Positions 1-10,169 are shown, counted from the stretch's first letter. The stretch is 36,257 bases of DNA from an uncultured Eubacteriales bacterium (GCA_964606185.1 CAZSGR010000005.1:1-36257), one strand, 5' to 3'. Notes: generated by a model from the letters alone, not told the origin. Program-made: numbers and translations.

Positions 1-17
1 AATCCTCTATTTCTTGT

Positions 18-93
18 GGGCGGTTAGCTCAGCTGGGAGAGCGCGGCGTTCGCAACGCCGAGGTCGGGGGTTCAAATCCCCTACCGTCCACCA
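18..93 (+). tRNA. tRNA-Ala (anticodon CGC)
   Basis: Full 76-nt cloverleaf: acceptor GGGCGGT/ACCGTCC with the G3:U70 Ala identity pair, D-arm GCTC/GAGC, anticodon stem CGGCG/CGCCG with loop TT-CGC-AA, T-loop TTCAAAT, encoded CCA. Confidence 0.97.
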
Positions 94-106
94 TGGAGAA
101 TAGTAG

Positions 107-820
107 ATGAGCAGTGAGATCTTAATCATAGCAGGCACAGCGGCCACCCTGGGTCTTGTCCACACCGTGCTCGGGCCTGACCACTACCTGCCGTTTATCG
201 TCATCGGACGGGCGCGGAAGTGGTCTCTACAGAAAACCCTTGTAGTCTCGTTTTTTTGTGGCCTGGGTCATGTGCTGAGCTCAGTCGTGCTGGGTTTCAT
301 CGGTATTGCTCTGGGGATGGCTGTGACTCGATTGGAGGGTGCGGAATCCTTTCGAGGCGGAATCGCTGCCTGGCTTCTTATTGGATTCGGTTTTGCCTAT
401 TTCATCTGGGGTGTGCACAGGGCGATAAAAAACAAGCCCCATAAGCATCTTCATCTCCATGCCGATGGAGATGAGCATGAACATTCCCACACCCACGAGG
501 CTGAGCATGCCCACGTCCACACCAAGAAGAAAGAAGCCAGTTTAACGCCCTGGATACTTTTTACCATATTCGTGTTCGGTCCCTGCGAGCCGCTTATTCC
601 GTTGGTCATGTACCCCGCCGCAAAACAAAATATTTCTGGAGTTATTCTAGTGGCCTCTGTCTTTGCTCTGACCACAATCCTCACCATGCTTACAATAATC
701 GCTATATCATCCTGGGGAGTTAGGTTCATTCGTTTGGGAAAGCTTGAGAGATACGTCCATGCTTTGGCCGGAGCCATGATCTTTATTTCTGGAATCAGTG
801 TCCAGTTCCTTGGGTTGTAG
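107..820 (+). CDS. His-rich Ni/Co transporter-like membrane protein (UreH/NicO/TauE-SafE, DsbD_2-like)
   Basis: About 6 TM segments; HTVLGPDH, CGLGH and GPCEPL motifs; His-rich loop HKHLHLHADGDEHEHSHTHEAEHAHVH. Confidence 0.75.
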   Translation: MSSEILIIAGTAATLGLVHTVLGPDHYLPFIVIGRARKWSLQKTLVVSFFCGLGHVLSSVVLGFIGIALGMAVTRLEGAESFRGGIAAWLLIGFGFAYFIWGVHRAIKNKPHKHLHLHADGDEHEHSHTHEAEHAHVHTKKKEASLTPWILFTIFVFGPCEPLIPLVMYPAAKQNISGVILVASVFALTTILTMLTIIAISSWGVRFIRLGKLERYVHALAGAMIFISGISVQFLGL

Positions 821-842
821 GATTCAGGTTTCCATTCTTTAC

Positions 843-874
843 ATGAGATTTTTTCGTTTCGCTCGCAATGACAC
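843..874. repeat. Degenerate single copy of the GTCATTGCGAG-type REP palindrome
   Basis: atgagatt...gctcgcaatgacac matches the repeat units at 31331-31433. Confidence 0.7.
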
Positions 875-949
875 GCCAAATCCATTTTCCCATTTCTCTG
901 AGTTGAATAGTGTTGAGCAATACTCTATTATCCAGAGGAGAGACCTTCC

Positions 950-1456
950 ATGGAATTCATCGTTGACTGCATGCTCGGGAAGTTGGCCAAGTGGCTGAAA
1001 ATCCTCGGGTTTGATGCAGTCTTTTTCAGCAAAATAGAGGATTCTGAACTCCTTGCGCTGGCCAAAAAAGAGAAAAGAATTCTATTGACCAGAGACAACG
1101 GCCTGATCGAGAGATCAAGTAACATTCAATCTCTCCTCATCGAGAGTGAAGACTGGAATCGCCAGATTGAGCAAGTGCTGGATGAGTTTGAGCTCTGGCA
1201 GGATATCCAGCCTTATTCCCGCTGCATCGAGTGCAACGCGGAGCTCAAAGATTTGCCGAAGGTTCGTGCCAGAAACTTGGTCACGCCGTTTGTTTATGAG
1301 AAGGCCGATGCGTTTTCCATCTGTCCCTCCTGCGGCAGAGTTTTCTGGAAAGGGACTCATCATCTGGATATGGAAGTCAAGCTAGAAGAAATACTGAGTA
1401 AGAGAAAAAAGAAAAAAAACAAGCCTACACAAAAAGAATCAAAGAGAAAAGAGTAA
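950..1456 (+). CDS. Mut7-C RNase domain protein (PIN-like plus Zn ribbon)
   Basis: FIVDCMLGKLAKWLKILGFD, ILLTRD, SRCIECN, CPSCGRVFWKGTH; RBS GAGGAG. Confidence 0.9.
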   Translation: MEFIVDCMLGKLAKWLKILGFDAVFFSKIEDSELLALAKKEKRILLTRDNGLIERSSNIQSLLIESEDWNRQIEQVLDEFELWQDIQPYSRCIECNAELKDLPKVRARNLVTPFVYEKADAFSICPSCGRVFWKGTHHLDMEVKLEEILSKRKKKKNKPTQKESKRKE

Positions 1457-1574
1457 GCCTCAACCATTCAACAGTAAATAATAAAGATTTGAATAATTAA
1501 TTGATTTCTATCCTCGGGATTATTAAAATTAGACCTAACTTGATTTCCCTCCCTTAAAGAAATGAGGTGAAAAG

Positions 1575-2249
1575 ATGAGCATCATCAGCAAATTGTTTGG
1601 AAAATCTCCGTTTGAGCCGCTTTACCAGCACATGATGAAAGTCAAAGAATGTGTGGATTTAGTCAGGCCTTTGATGGATGCATTCCTCAATGGTGAAGAA
1701 AAGAAGCTCAAGGAAATGGCCGCTAAGATTTTCAAGGCAGAACACGATGCAGATATGGTGAAGAAAGATATTCGGAATAACCTGCCCAAGAGCATATTTT
1801 TACCTGTGGCAAGAGGAGACCTGTTGAGTTTCTTGAAGGAGCAGGATAACATTGCTGATTCCGCAGAGGATTTGGCTGTTCTATTGACGATGAGAAAAAC
1901 TGCTGTGCCGGAAGAGCTTAAGCCTGAATTAAAGGATTTTGTGGAGAAAGTCATCGAGACATATGAAGTGGCGATGACCGTTTCCAGTGAAATCAAAGTC
2001 CTGGCCGAGACATCATTCGGAGGAGTTGAGGCACGCAAAGTCATGGACCTGATCGAAAATCTGAAGCTTAAAGAATGGGAAGCGGATAAAGCTCAAATGG
2101 AAGCGGCCAAAAAAATGTTTTCCATCGAGAAGAAGTTAGACCCTGTCTCTGTGATGATGTGGATGCACATTTTTAATGAGCTCGGGACTCTCGCCAACCA
2201 TGCTGAAAACGCAGGAGATCGGATGAGTATGATGCTCCACGATAGCTGA
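1575..2249 (+). CDS. DUF47/PhoU-like phosphate transport regulator (TIGR00153-type)
   Basis: LFGKSPF N-terminus, EHDAD, QDNIADSAED and EWEAD motifs; directly upstream of PiT; upstream TTGATT-17-TAAAAT at 1501-1529. Confidence 0.9.
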   Translation: MSIISKLFGKSPFEPLYQHMMKVKECVDLVRPLMDAFLNGEEKKLKEMAAKIFKAEHDADMVKKDIRNNLPKSIFLPVARGDLLSFLKEQDNIADSAEDLAVLLTMRKTAVPEELKPELKDFVEKVIETYEVAMTVSSEIKVLAETSFGGVEARKVMDLIENLKLKEWEADKAQMEAAKKMFSIEKKLDPVSVMMWMHIFNELGTLANHAENAGDRMSMMLHDS

Positions 2250-2348
2250 AGCATTTCAGCTAAAGATTTCATTTTGTATTCTTTTTCTTGGATTCATTTA
2301 TGGAGAATGGTGAAAATTAGGATTCTGAGCCAAGAATAGCGAATTTGT

Positions 2349-3593
2349 ATGGATATTAATCTATTTACTCTGGTAGTTGTTATTTCTTTATTAACAGCAT
2401 TTTACAGTGCGGTCAATATCGGAGCCAATGATGTGGCGAATGCTATGGCCACTTCTGTGGCCTCCGGGGCTTTGACCATAAAAAGGGCAGTCGTTGTGGC
2501 AGCCCTTTGTAATTTTACTGGCGCTATTCTAGTAGGGACACATGTGGCCAATACTATCCGAAAAGGGCTCATAGATCCTATGCAGTTTAGCGATAGGCCG
2601 AATATATTTCTTCTTGGGATGCTGGCCGCCGTTTTAGGATCATCGCTCTGGGTAAATTTCGCCACTTATTTAAAACTCCCGGTTTCCACGACTCATTCGA
2701 TTATTGGCGGAGTACTGGGTTTTGGTTTGATTAGTGTTGGGTTTGCAGGCATACAGTGGAAAGTAGTCCTCTTTGTTGTTTTAAGCTGGTTCATCTCTCC
2801 TATCTTTGGAGGTATTATTGCTTTTGTTATTTTCTCAGTCATTAAAAAATTTATTTTGAGTTCACCGGAACCGATAGAACAGACGAAAAAAATAGGGCCT
2901 TTTTTTGCAGGGCTGGTTGGGTTTATACTCACTTTAGCTGTGATCTACAAAGGATTGAAAAACCTCCATCTTGATCTTCCCTTTTTCGAAGCGCTCATCA
3001 TTTCCTTGTGTGTAGGCTTACTGTGCTTTTTTATCGGATTTGTTCTTCTTCGCAAATACAAAGAAAGGCAGGAGGATCCCTATTATCAAGTTGAAAAGAT
3101 GGCCAATCCTCTCCAAGTTCTCTCGGCTGGTTTTCAGGCGTTTTCTCAGGGAGCGAATGATGTGGCCAATGCTATCGGTCCTGTTGCAGCTATCTGGGCT
3201 ATTATCCAAACTCAAAGAGTCGAAATGAGTGTCTCTATCCCGATTGAATTATTGTTACTTGGAGGCGCTGGCCTTGCCTTTGGGGTTTATACCTGGGGTC
3301 ACCGTGTGATGGAGACCGTTGGGAAAAAGATCACTTCCATTACTCCGACCCGCGGTTTTTCTGCAGGATTTGGAACTGCTGCGACTGTGCTTCTCTGTTC
3401 GCGGCTGGGGATGCCTGTGTCCACCACACACGTGGCAGTAGGTAACATCATTGGAGTCGGACTGGCGCGCGGAATCTCTGCGCTTAACCTGGATGTGATC
3501 AAGAAGATTTTTTCAGCCTGGATTATTTCTCTTCCTGCTGCAGGCCTGTTCACTGTCGTGATTTTTTTCTTACTCAGGTTTATTTTTCTTTAA
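2349..3593 (+). CDS. pit: Inorganic phosphate transporter, PiT (PHO4) family
   Basis: Two GANDVANA signatures and two PVSTTH motifs; multi-TM. Confidence 0.95.
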   Translation: MDINLFTLVVVISLLTAFYSAVNIGANDVANAMATSVASGALTIKRAVVVAALCNFTGAILVGTHVANTIRKGLIDPMQFSDRPNIFLLGMLAAVLGSSLWVNFATYLKLPVSTTHSIIGGVLGFGLISVGFAGIQWKVVLFVVLSWFISPIFGGIIAFVIFSVIKKFILSSPEPIEQTKKIGPFFAGLVGFILTLAVIYKGLKNLHLDLPFFEALIISLCVGLLCFFIGFVLLRKYKERQEDPYYQVEKMANPLQVLSAGFQAFSQGANDVANAIGPVAAIWAIIQTQRVEMSVSIPIELLLLGGAGLAFGVYTWGHRVMETVGKKITSITPTRGFSAGFGTAATVLLCSRLGMPVSTTHVAVGNIIGVGLARGISALNLDVIKKIFSAWIISLPAAGLFTVVIFFLLRFIFL

Positions 3594-3824
3594 AAATCCG
3601 GCGATTCTCTAGTGAAGATCTATTTTGATTGGAATTCCTTTCTTTATTCAGCGATTTTTCCGTTTTCGGATTCGCTTCTTGGGATAAGGGAAGAGAGGAA
3701 GAGATTGATTCTGCTCATAAAAAAATCGTATACTCTGGAGCGGAATTCAAGGAACGAAAAGACAGAATTTTCGTATGAATAAAACAGATAGCCATTCTGT
3801 ATTATTTATGAGAAAGGAGGAACC

Positions 3825-4151
3825 ATGTTAATCGTTACGACTCCTAGCATTGAGGGAAAGAAGATTAAAAAATACCTGGGATTGGTTTCGGGTGAGGCCA
3901 TCCTGGGTGCCAATATCTTCAAAGATTTTTTTGCGGGCATCAGGGACATCGTCGGCGGAAGGTCGGCGGCCTATGAAAAAGAACTCCGCCAGGCAAAGGA
4001 AATTGCCATTGAAGAAATGCAGGAACAGGCCAAAGCCATGGGCGGCAATACGGTGATTGGAGTGGACCTGGATTACGAGACCATTAGCGTCGGACAGGCC
4101 GGGGGAATGCTGATGGTGAGCGCCAACGGGACCGCTGTTATTTGTGAATAA
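3825..4151 (+). CDS. ybjQ: YbjQ/UPF0145 family protein
   Basis: [24 protein letters not shown]...GVDLDYE...[11 protein letters not shown]; RBS AGGAGG. Confidence 0.92.
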   Translation: MLIVTTPSIEGKKIKKYLGLVSGEAILGANIFKDFFAGIRDIVGGRSAAYEKELRQAKEIAIEEMQEQAKAMGGNTVIGVDLDYETISVGQAGGMLMVSANGTAVICE

Positions 4152-4168
4152 CAACAGGGGAGGAAAGG

Positions 4169-4552
4169 ATGAATAAGCATATTGATGTCATTTCCGTTTT
4201 ATGGATTGTCTCCGGGGCGTTGGGTATTCTTATCGGCCTCTTTACTTTCTGGCTGTTCTTCGGAATTTCCTATATTCCGGATGTGGATTGGGAGGCGTCC
4301 CAGATTCTCAGAATTGTCGGTGTCTGGGCAGGCGGAATTATCGCTTTCTTCTCAATCCCCGAGATCATCGCCGGTGTAGGTTTGATAAAGAGGAAAGAAT
4401 GGGGGCGGATCCTGGCGTTAGTCGTCTCTTTCTTTAACCTGATCTGGTTTCCTTTGGGAACAGCGCTGGGTGTTTATTCAATTATCATTTTGCTGAATGA
4501 CGAATCCGTCAAGATATTCAATCCACAAATCCAACAGGGGAAAGAGAGTTAG
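4169..4552 (+). CDS. Hypothetical membrane protein (3-4 TM)
   Basis: RBS GGAGG; hydrophobic helices; WGRILALV...FPLGTALGVY pattern. Confidence 0.8.
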   Translation: MNKHIDVISVLWIVSGALGILIGLFTFWLFFGISYIPDVDWEASQILRIVGVWAGGIIAFFSIPEIIAGVGLIKRKEWGRILALVVSFFNLIWFPLGTALGVYSIIILLNDESVKIFNPQIQQGKES

Positions 4553-4834
4553 AGGAGCTTTGTCTTTTTTCTTAATTGTTGTAGTCGGAGCTGGCGTGTC
4601 ATTCCTAGACTTTTAATTTTTCAGCGAGCACAGAGGCAGCTTTTCTGAATAAAACCTGTATCCTAAAAAGTTCCACTGAAAATTAATAGAGAATAGGGGA
4701 TAAGTCCGTCTGCTTTCAGTTCGATAAGGTTTACTTTTTCAATTCGGATGAGGTGAGTCGGGGGGAAAAGGATTAAACCGTAACCTCACATCAGTGGAGC
4801 CACCATGAATAACTCTGACGGGCCATTTTTTTTA

Positions 4835-4891
4835 TTGAAACCTGAAAAAATTTGTGTTATTATATTTCGTTAATTGGCGAAATATAATAAC
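4835..4891 (+). promoter_or_regulatory. sigma70 promoter with overlapping ArsR-type operator palindrome
   Basis: TTGAAA(4835-4840)-17-TATTAT(4858-4863) with extended TGn; perfect 14-bp inverted repeat GTTATTATATTTCG-N8-CGAAATATAATAAC (4856-4891). Confidence 0.8.
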
Positions 4892-4904
4892 AGAGGAATT
4901 AACC

Positions 4905-5246
4905 ATGAGACAGCATTTAAAAGTATTTAAAGCCCTGGGCGATAGAAACAGATTGCGGATCATGAAGATGCTGGAGGTCAAGGCGATGTGCGTCTGCGAG
5001 ATTACGCATGTACTGAACCTTGCCCCTTCCACAGTCTCCAAGCATCTCAGTCTTCTTCATGAAGCTGACCTCATCGAGGACAGAAAAGAGAGAAAATGGG
5101 TCAATTATTCTCTTCCTGGAAAAGGCCGAATCCCTTTAGTCTCAGAAATGTTGAAGCTCATCCGCATTTCCCTTGAAGATGACTCCCAGATTCAAGCTGA
5201 CCGGAAAAAGGCCAAGATGGCTGACAGGATAAAGATATGCGACTGA
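4905..5246 (+). CDS. arsR: ArsR/SmtB family metalloregulator
   Basis: FKALGDRNRLRI, MCVCEI metal-binding motif, STVSKHL, WVNYSL; ATG 4905 follows RBS GAGGA. Confidence 0.92.
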   Translation: MRQHLKVFKALGDRNRLRIMKMLEVKAMCVCEITHVLNLAPSTVSKHLSLLHEADLIEDRKERKWVNYSLPGKGRIPLVSEMLKLIRISLEDDSQIQADRKKAKMADRIKICD

Positions 5247-5287
5247 GCCGGATCATCAAGCTGTACGTTAAAGAGGATGAGTGAGAG

Positions 5288-6454
5288 ATGAAAGATTGGA
5301 AAATATTTTTGATCCTGATCGCTGTGTTCCTTGCCGTATTCTGGCTTCCTGTGGAGAGCGTGCGTTTCCAGAACGGGCTCATCGAAGGATTCGCGCTTTT
5401 GAAAGAGTATGCCCGCGACCATGTCCTTCTCTGTCTTGTTCCTGCTTTTTTCATCGCCGGGGCCATTTCGGTGTTTGTCAGCAAGGCATCGGTCATCAAA
5501 TATTTTGGGGCTCGAGCAAAGAAGATTCTCTCCTACAGCGTGGCCTCGGTTTCCGGTACGATTCTGGCTGTTTGCTCCTGCACGGTGCTCCCCCTCTTTG
5601 CCGGAATCTACACCCGGGGAGCCGGTATCGGACCGGCGACGGCCTTCCTCTATTCCGGGCCGGCGATCAATGTCCTGGCGATCATCCTGACCGCCAAGGT
5701 TCTAGGCTACAAGCTGGGCCTGGCCAGAGCCATCGGGGCCGTGGTGTTCGCTGTCGTCATCGGCCTCCTCATGCACCTTATCTTCGGCAAAGATGATAGG
5801 AATAAGGAGGGTGACAGTTTCCAGGATGCGGAGAAGGAGGAAGGAGGGAGACCTCTTTGGAAGACCGCGATCTATTTTGCGACTATGGTCGGAATTCTCG
5901 TTTTCATCAATTGGGGAAAGTCCAACCCGGAAATGAGAGCCTGGTATTTCATCTATCAGATCAAATGGTTCGTCGGCATCGCTCTCCTTGCCATTTTAGC
6001 CTGGATGATTTTTACCTGGTTCAAGAAACCGGAGCTGAAGGAGTGGACGTTTTCCACCTGGTTCTTTGCCAAGCAGATTCTCCCCCTTCTTTTCGCCGGA
6101 GTGCTTGTCGCCGGGCTGTTGCTCGGCAGGCCCGGCCATGAAGGCGTGATCCCCAGCCATTGGGTCGCCAGGCTGGTAGGGGGGAACAGTCTGGGTGCCA
6201 ATCTGTTCGCCTCGGTGGCCGGAGCTCTGATGTACTTTGCCACTCTGACCGAAGTCCCCATCCTCCAGGGCTTGCTGGGCTCGGGAATGGGACAGGGGCC
6301 GGCCCTGGCCTTGCTGCTGGCCGGACCGGCATTATCACTCCCCAACATGCTTGTTATCCGGAGCGTGATCGGAACGAAAAAAACTTTGGTTTATATCTTG
6401 CTTGTGGTCATCATGGCCACAATCACAGGAATGATTTTCGGGCAATTTTTTTGA
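5288..6454 (+). CDS. DUF318/ArsP-type permease
   Basis: LAVCSCTVLPLF, AFLYSGPAIN, MYFATLTEVPI, LLAGPALSLP motifs; ars operon context. Confidence 0.88.
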   Translation: MKDWKIFLILIAVFLAVFWLPVESVRFQNGLIEGFALLKEYARDHVLLCLVPAFFIAGAISVFVSKASVIKYFGARAKKILSYSVASVSGTILAVCSCTVLPLFAGIYTRGAGIGPATAFLYSGPAINVLAIILTAKVLGYKLGLARAIGAVVFAVVIGLLMHLIFGKDDRNKEGDSFQDAEKEEGGRPLWKTAIYFATMVGILVFINWGKSNPEMRAWYFIYQIKWFVGIALLAILAWMIFTWFKKPELKEWTFSTWFFAKQILPLLFAGVLVAGLLLGRPGHEGVIPSHWVARLVGGNSLGANLFASVAGALMYFATLTEVPILQGLLGSGMGQGPALALLLAGPALSLPNMLVIRSVIGTKKTLVYILLVVIMATITGMIFGQFF

Positions 6455-6461
6455 GGCCATT

Positions 6462-7019
6462 ATGTTTATAAATGGAATTAAAATCACGCACGTTCTCCCG
6501 TGCATTGCCGACCCTGAAAAAATCAGGTTTATTGCCTATTTTGATAAAAATGTCTCCGAAGTATTTCCCCATATGAACAAAATACTGGATGGAGCTATCT
6601 ATAACCACGAGGGAAAAACATTGACCATCAAAAAAGATGGCAGGCTTATCACTCTCCATCCGAATAAACTCGCAGCAACAAAGGTGACAGACGAAGAGGA
6701 TGCTCATCAAATTATCAACTGGGTAAAAGACAAGGTCAATTACTGCTACGAAAACAAAGATTCCATCGAGCCAAGTTTCGAAAGGAGGCAGAAACTCTCG
6801 GCACTGGATATCTACAAATTGATTCCGGGGACCAACTGTAAAACTTGTGGAGAATTAACCTGCATGACATTCGCCGTGAAATTGTCAGAGGAGGAAATCA
6901 GTGTCATGAGATGTGTGGAATTGTTTTCGGGGAATTTTACTGACAAGAGAAATGAACTTCTCCGTCTTTTAAAGGCGTCAGGATACAATATCCCAGAAGC
7001 TTTCGTTTCCGATAAATAG
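6462..7019 (+). CDS. Fe-S-binding protein (C-terminal FeS domain resembling the AcsC/RnfB N-terminus)
   Basis: PGTNCKTCGELTCMTFA...C 4Fe-4S motif; N-terminal LPCIADP. Confidence 0.8.
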   Translation: MFINGIKITHVLPCIADPEKIRFIAYFDKNVSEVFPHMNKILDGAIYNHEGKTLTIKKDGRLITLHPNKLAATKVTDEEDAHQIINWVKDKVNYCYENKDSIEPSFERRQKLSALDIYKLIPGTNCKTCGELTCMTFAVKLSEEEISVMRCVELFSGNFTDKRNELLRLLKASGYNIPEAFVSDK

Positions 7020-7039
7020 AGGAAAAAGGAGGTCAGACA

Positions 7040-7279
7040 ATGGAAATCAGGATTTTAGGACCGGGTTGTCCGCGTTGTCATGAGGTCGAGAAGAGGACCA
7101 TTAATGCCTTGGCCGAGCTTAATCTCGGAGCGGATGTCCAGAAAGTAACTGATATCAAAAAGATCGCAGAGTATAAGATTTTTACAACTCCCGGCCTGGT
7201 AATCAATGGAAAAGTTAAATGTACGGGACGGATTCCTTCTGCAAAGGAAATAAAAGAATGGATTAATGAAGAAGTGTAA
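7040..7279 (+). CDS. Small redox-active disulfide protein (MTH895/TIGR00412 thioredoxin-like)
   Basis: ILGPGCPRC, TPGLVING...GRIP; RBS AGGAGG. Confidence 0.9.
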   Translation: MEIRILGPGCPRCHEVEKRTINALAELNLGADVQKVTDIKKIAEYKIFTTPGLVINGKVKCTGRIPSAKEIKEWINEEV

Positions 7280-7305
7280 AAGCACCATTTTTTTGAAGGA
7301 GAGAA

Positions 7306-7644
7306 ATGAAAGGCTTGGGCTGTCAGTGTTCCAATATCCCATCAAATATCAAGATTATTAAAGTTGGAGACAGTGAAGTCGGGATAGTCGACCTCATGAA
7401 GATCATCAGACAAACCTATTTTAAGAGAATAGAGAATGAGTCTGCTTTGAAAGAAGAATTGGTGAGACGAGTCAAGGAAAAAAATATATTAAAGATTATT
7501 GAGCCTTGTGTTGAACTGGGGATCTCTGCTGTCTGGATGCCGCCTGGGTCTTGGTCAGAAATGGCCATTCGAAGATGCGAGGAAAATCAAATCCAATACG
7601 CACATGATGTCTGTATAGTTTTTGCGGTGAAGATATCATCGTGA
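7306..7644 (+). pseudogene. Probable chimeric/deleted ORF: ars-cluster hypothetical N-terminus fused to the C-terminal part of a CoA-binding (YccU-like) protein
   Basis: C-terminal IIEPCVELGISAVWMPPGSWSEMAIRRCEENQIQYAHDVCI resembles the YccU/CoA_binding_2 end (AVWxQPG...C), but the N-terminal Rossmann half is absent. Confidence 0.55.
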
Positions 7645-7740
7645 ATCAAGAGTGCGTTCGTCAAAGGCTCATTCCCTTTGATATGAGCAAAATCAAAATT
7701 GGATTTACTTCTGAATATATTTTCAAAAAGGAGAAGGCCT

Positions 7741-8169
7741 ATGAGGAAATCGAGTCTGATCATGTTGATTATAATTTTTCTTATGAGTATCGCCTGTATC
7801 CAGGCCCAGGAAAGTCAAAATGAATCAAATCGCGAACAAACAGTTCAAGAGGGTAAGGTCATTACAGGTAAGCTCGAAGTGGATTTTTCTGGATTCAAGG
7901 TGACTTTCATCGAGCTCGGCGCGGACAAATGCATTCCCTGTCGGAGGATGCAGCCAATCATGAAAGAGATAGCCGAGGAGTTTGCGGGCCAGGTTCAGGT
8001 TGTTTTTTACGACGTGTGGAAGGATCCGAGGCCTGCCAGAAAATACGGCATTCAACTGATTCCGACTCAAGTATTCATTGATAAAGATGGCAAAGAATTT
8101 TTCAGGCATGTCGGCTTTTTTCCGAAGGAAGAGATAGTAAAGATTCTTAAGAAGAAAGGGATCAACTGA
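7741..8169 (+). CDS. Exported thioredoxin family protein
   Basis: Signal peptide MRKSSLIMLIIIFLMSIAC; ELGADKCIPC; IPTQVFID; ATG 7741 follows AGGAG. Confidence 0.88.
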   Translation: MRKSSLIMLIIIFLMSIACIQAQESQNESNREQTVQEGKVITGKLEVDFSGFKVTFIELGADKCIPCRRMQPIMKEIAEEFAGQVQVVFYDVWKDPRPARKYGIQLIPTQVFIDKDGKEFFRHVGFFPKEEIVKILKKKGIN

Positions 8170-8184
8170 ACATAGGGATGAGTG

Positions 8185-8874
8185 ATGGAAAGCATTTTTG
8201 GGGATATTCAGCAGCTGATCCAGAGTAATCCGTGGCTTGCCGTTGTTGCTGTTTTCTTCGGCGGCCTCCTGACAGCTTCAAATCCCTGTGTTCTGGCAAT
8301 GATTCCACTTGTAGTAAGTATGGTGGCAGGATATCAGGAGGTTGCGAACATAAAAAAATCTCTTGTCTTTTCTTTGTTGTTTATCCTGGGATTATCTGTC
8401 ACTTTCACCATATTAGGGGTTATCTCAGGTTTGGCTGGGAGCATGTTTGGCGATGTGGGGTCATTCTGGAAATATACCGTTGTTGGAGTCTGCCTTGTGA
8501 TGGGCCTCCATCTTCTTGGCCTGTTCAAGCTTAACTTTAATTTGCCTCTATCGATTAATATCAAAAGAGGTGGGTCTATCAAGGCCTTTTTTCTCGGCCT
8601 CTTATTTGGAGTCATATCTTCACCCTGCGCAGTCCCCATACTTGCTGTCCTTCTTGCCTTTGTGGCCAGTAAGGGGAATGTTTTCTATGGCGCTTTTTTG
8701 CTCTTTATTTATGCCCTTGGACATTCTTTCCTCGTCTTGATTGCAGGGACATCCATGGGTGCAGCAAAAAAATTGATCGAATCAAAGGGTTTGAGAAAGG
8801 CAAATCAGGCCCTTCAGAAAGTAGCGGGCGTCATCATCATACTGGTGGGTGTTTACTTTGTATTCCAATTGTGA
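8185..8874 (+). CDS. ccdA: CcdA/DsbD transmembrane electron transporter
   Basis: NPCVLAMIP and SPCAVPIL Cys motifs; 6 TM segments. Confidence 0.9.
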   Translation: MESIFGDIQQLIQSNPWLAVVAVFFGGLLTASNPCVLAMIPLVVSMVAGYQEVANIKKSLVFSLLFILGLSVTFTILGVISGLAGSMFGDVGSFWKYTVVGVCLVMGLHLLGLFKLNFNLPLSINIKRGGSIKAFFLGLLFGVISSPCAVPILAVLLAFVASKGNVFYGAFLLFIYALGHSFLVLIAGTSMGAAKKLIESKGLRKANQALQKVAGVIIILVGVYFVFQL

Positions 8875-9065
8875 TGATCGTAAGATAAATTTTGAAGTGA
8901 ATAGGGAAGCATAAGGCATGAAAGAAAAAAAAGCAACGAAGCAGGTTTCTTGGGTGAAATCGATTGAGGCTAAAGGCGTTTTTTTCAAAATAAAAGGATA
9001 AACCGTATAAATGGGATATGCGTTCTAGAATTCGGACTCAGGAGTGTTCCCTAAGGAGGTCCAAA

Positions 9066-10121
9066 TTGACTGAAAAAGTTGGAGCTAAGCTCTCTATTCT
9101 CAATAGGTATCTCACACTCTGGATATTTTTAACTATGGCGGTTGGAGTTTTCACAGGCTTTATATTCCCGGGCATTGTCGATTTTATTAATCAATTCCAG
9201 GTGGATACCACAAACATCCCCATTGCCATCGGGCTGATTCTGATGATGTACCCGCCGCTGGCAAAAGTGAAATACGAAGAGCTCGGAGATGTTTTTCGCA
9301 ACATAAAAGTTCTTTCTCTTTCACTGGTACTGAACTGGATCATTGGTCCCATCTTGATGTTCGTGCTGGCCATACTGTTCCTGCGTGATCGGCCCGAATA
9401 CATGTACGGCCTCATTTTGATTGGGCTGGCGCGCTGTATAGCCATGGTCATTGTCTGGAATGACCTGGCCAAAGGGGACACTGAATATGCAGCCGGACTG
9501 GTCGCGTTCAACTCCATCTTTCAGGTTCTCTTTTTTTCAATCTATGCCTACATTTTTATAACTAAAATCCCGCCATTGTTAGGACTGAAAGGGACAGTCG
9601 TTGATATTACAATGGGACAGATAGCGAAAAGTGTGTTTATCTACCTGGGAATTCCATTCCTGGCCGGCATGATAACACGCTTCAGCCTCATTAAACTTAA
9701 AAATCGCACCTGGTACGAGCAGAAATTTATCCCCAAGATAAGTCCAATTACTCTGATCGCCCTCCTATTTACAATCTTTGTCATGTTTTCCCTTAAGGGC
9801 GAGTATATAGTTAAGATCCCTTTTGATGTTGTTCGTATCGCTATCCCCCTCGTATTTTATTTTGTCCTGATGTTTTTTGTGTCATTTTATCTGGGGAAGA
9901 AAGCAGGGGCAGGCTATCCCATAACGACAACACTGTCTTTCACTGCTGCCAGCAATAATTTTGAGCTGGCCATCGCAGTGGCTGTCGCGGTATTCGGGAT
10001 CCATTCGGCGGTCGCATTTGCTACTGTGATCGGGCCCCTTATTGAGGTTCCTGTGCTTATCAGCCTCGTGAATGTGTCATTGAGATTCAGAAAGAAATTT
10101 TTCAATAGGATGAATGGATAA
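9066..10121 (+). CDS. acr3: ACR3 family arsenite efflux transporter
   Basis: [45 protein letters not shown]; likely TTG start at 9066 after AAGGAGGT. Confidence 0.95.
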   Translation: MTEKVGAKLSILNRYLTLWIFLTMAVGVFTGFIFPGIVDFINQFQVDTTNIPIAIGLILMMYPPLAKVKYEELGDVFRNIKVLSLSLVLNWIIGPILMFVLAILFLRDRPEYMYGLILIGLARCIAMVIVWNDLAKGDTEYAAGLVAFNSIFQVLFFSIYAYIFITKIPPLLGLKGTVVDITMGQIAKSVFIYLGIPFLAGMITRFSLIKLKNRTWYEQKFIPKISPITLIALLFTIFVMFSLKGEYIVKIPFDVVRIAIPLVFYFVLMFFVSFYLGKKAGAGYPITTTLSFTAASNNFELAIAVAVAVFGIHSAVAFATVIGPLIEVPVLISLVNVSLRFRKKFFNRMNG

Positions 10122-10169
10122 AAAAACATAATCTTTAAACTGAAAAAAAGTAAGGAGGTCCTCTTCTAT

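Noticed and set aside
4560-4830. Possible riboswitch upstream of arsR
   Set aside because: No match to fluoride or other consensus motifs that I can recognise, and it lies upstream of the predicted promoter.
5244-5291. Sec read-through of the arsR TGA (ICD-U-AGSSSC...)
   Set aside because: ArsR is already full length, no clear SECIS is present, and TGA is a common stop in this window.
8918-9001. 27-aa [30 protein letters not shown] between ccdA and acr3
   Set aside because: Weak RBS and no recognisable motif; at most a gene remnant.
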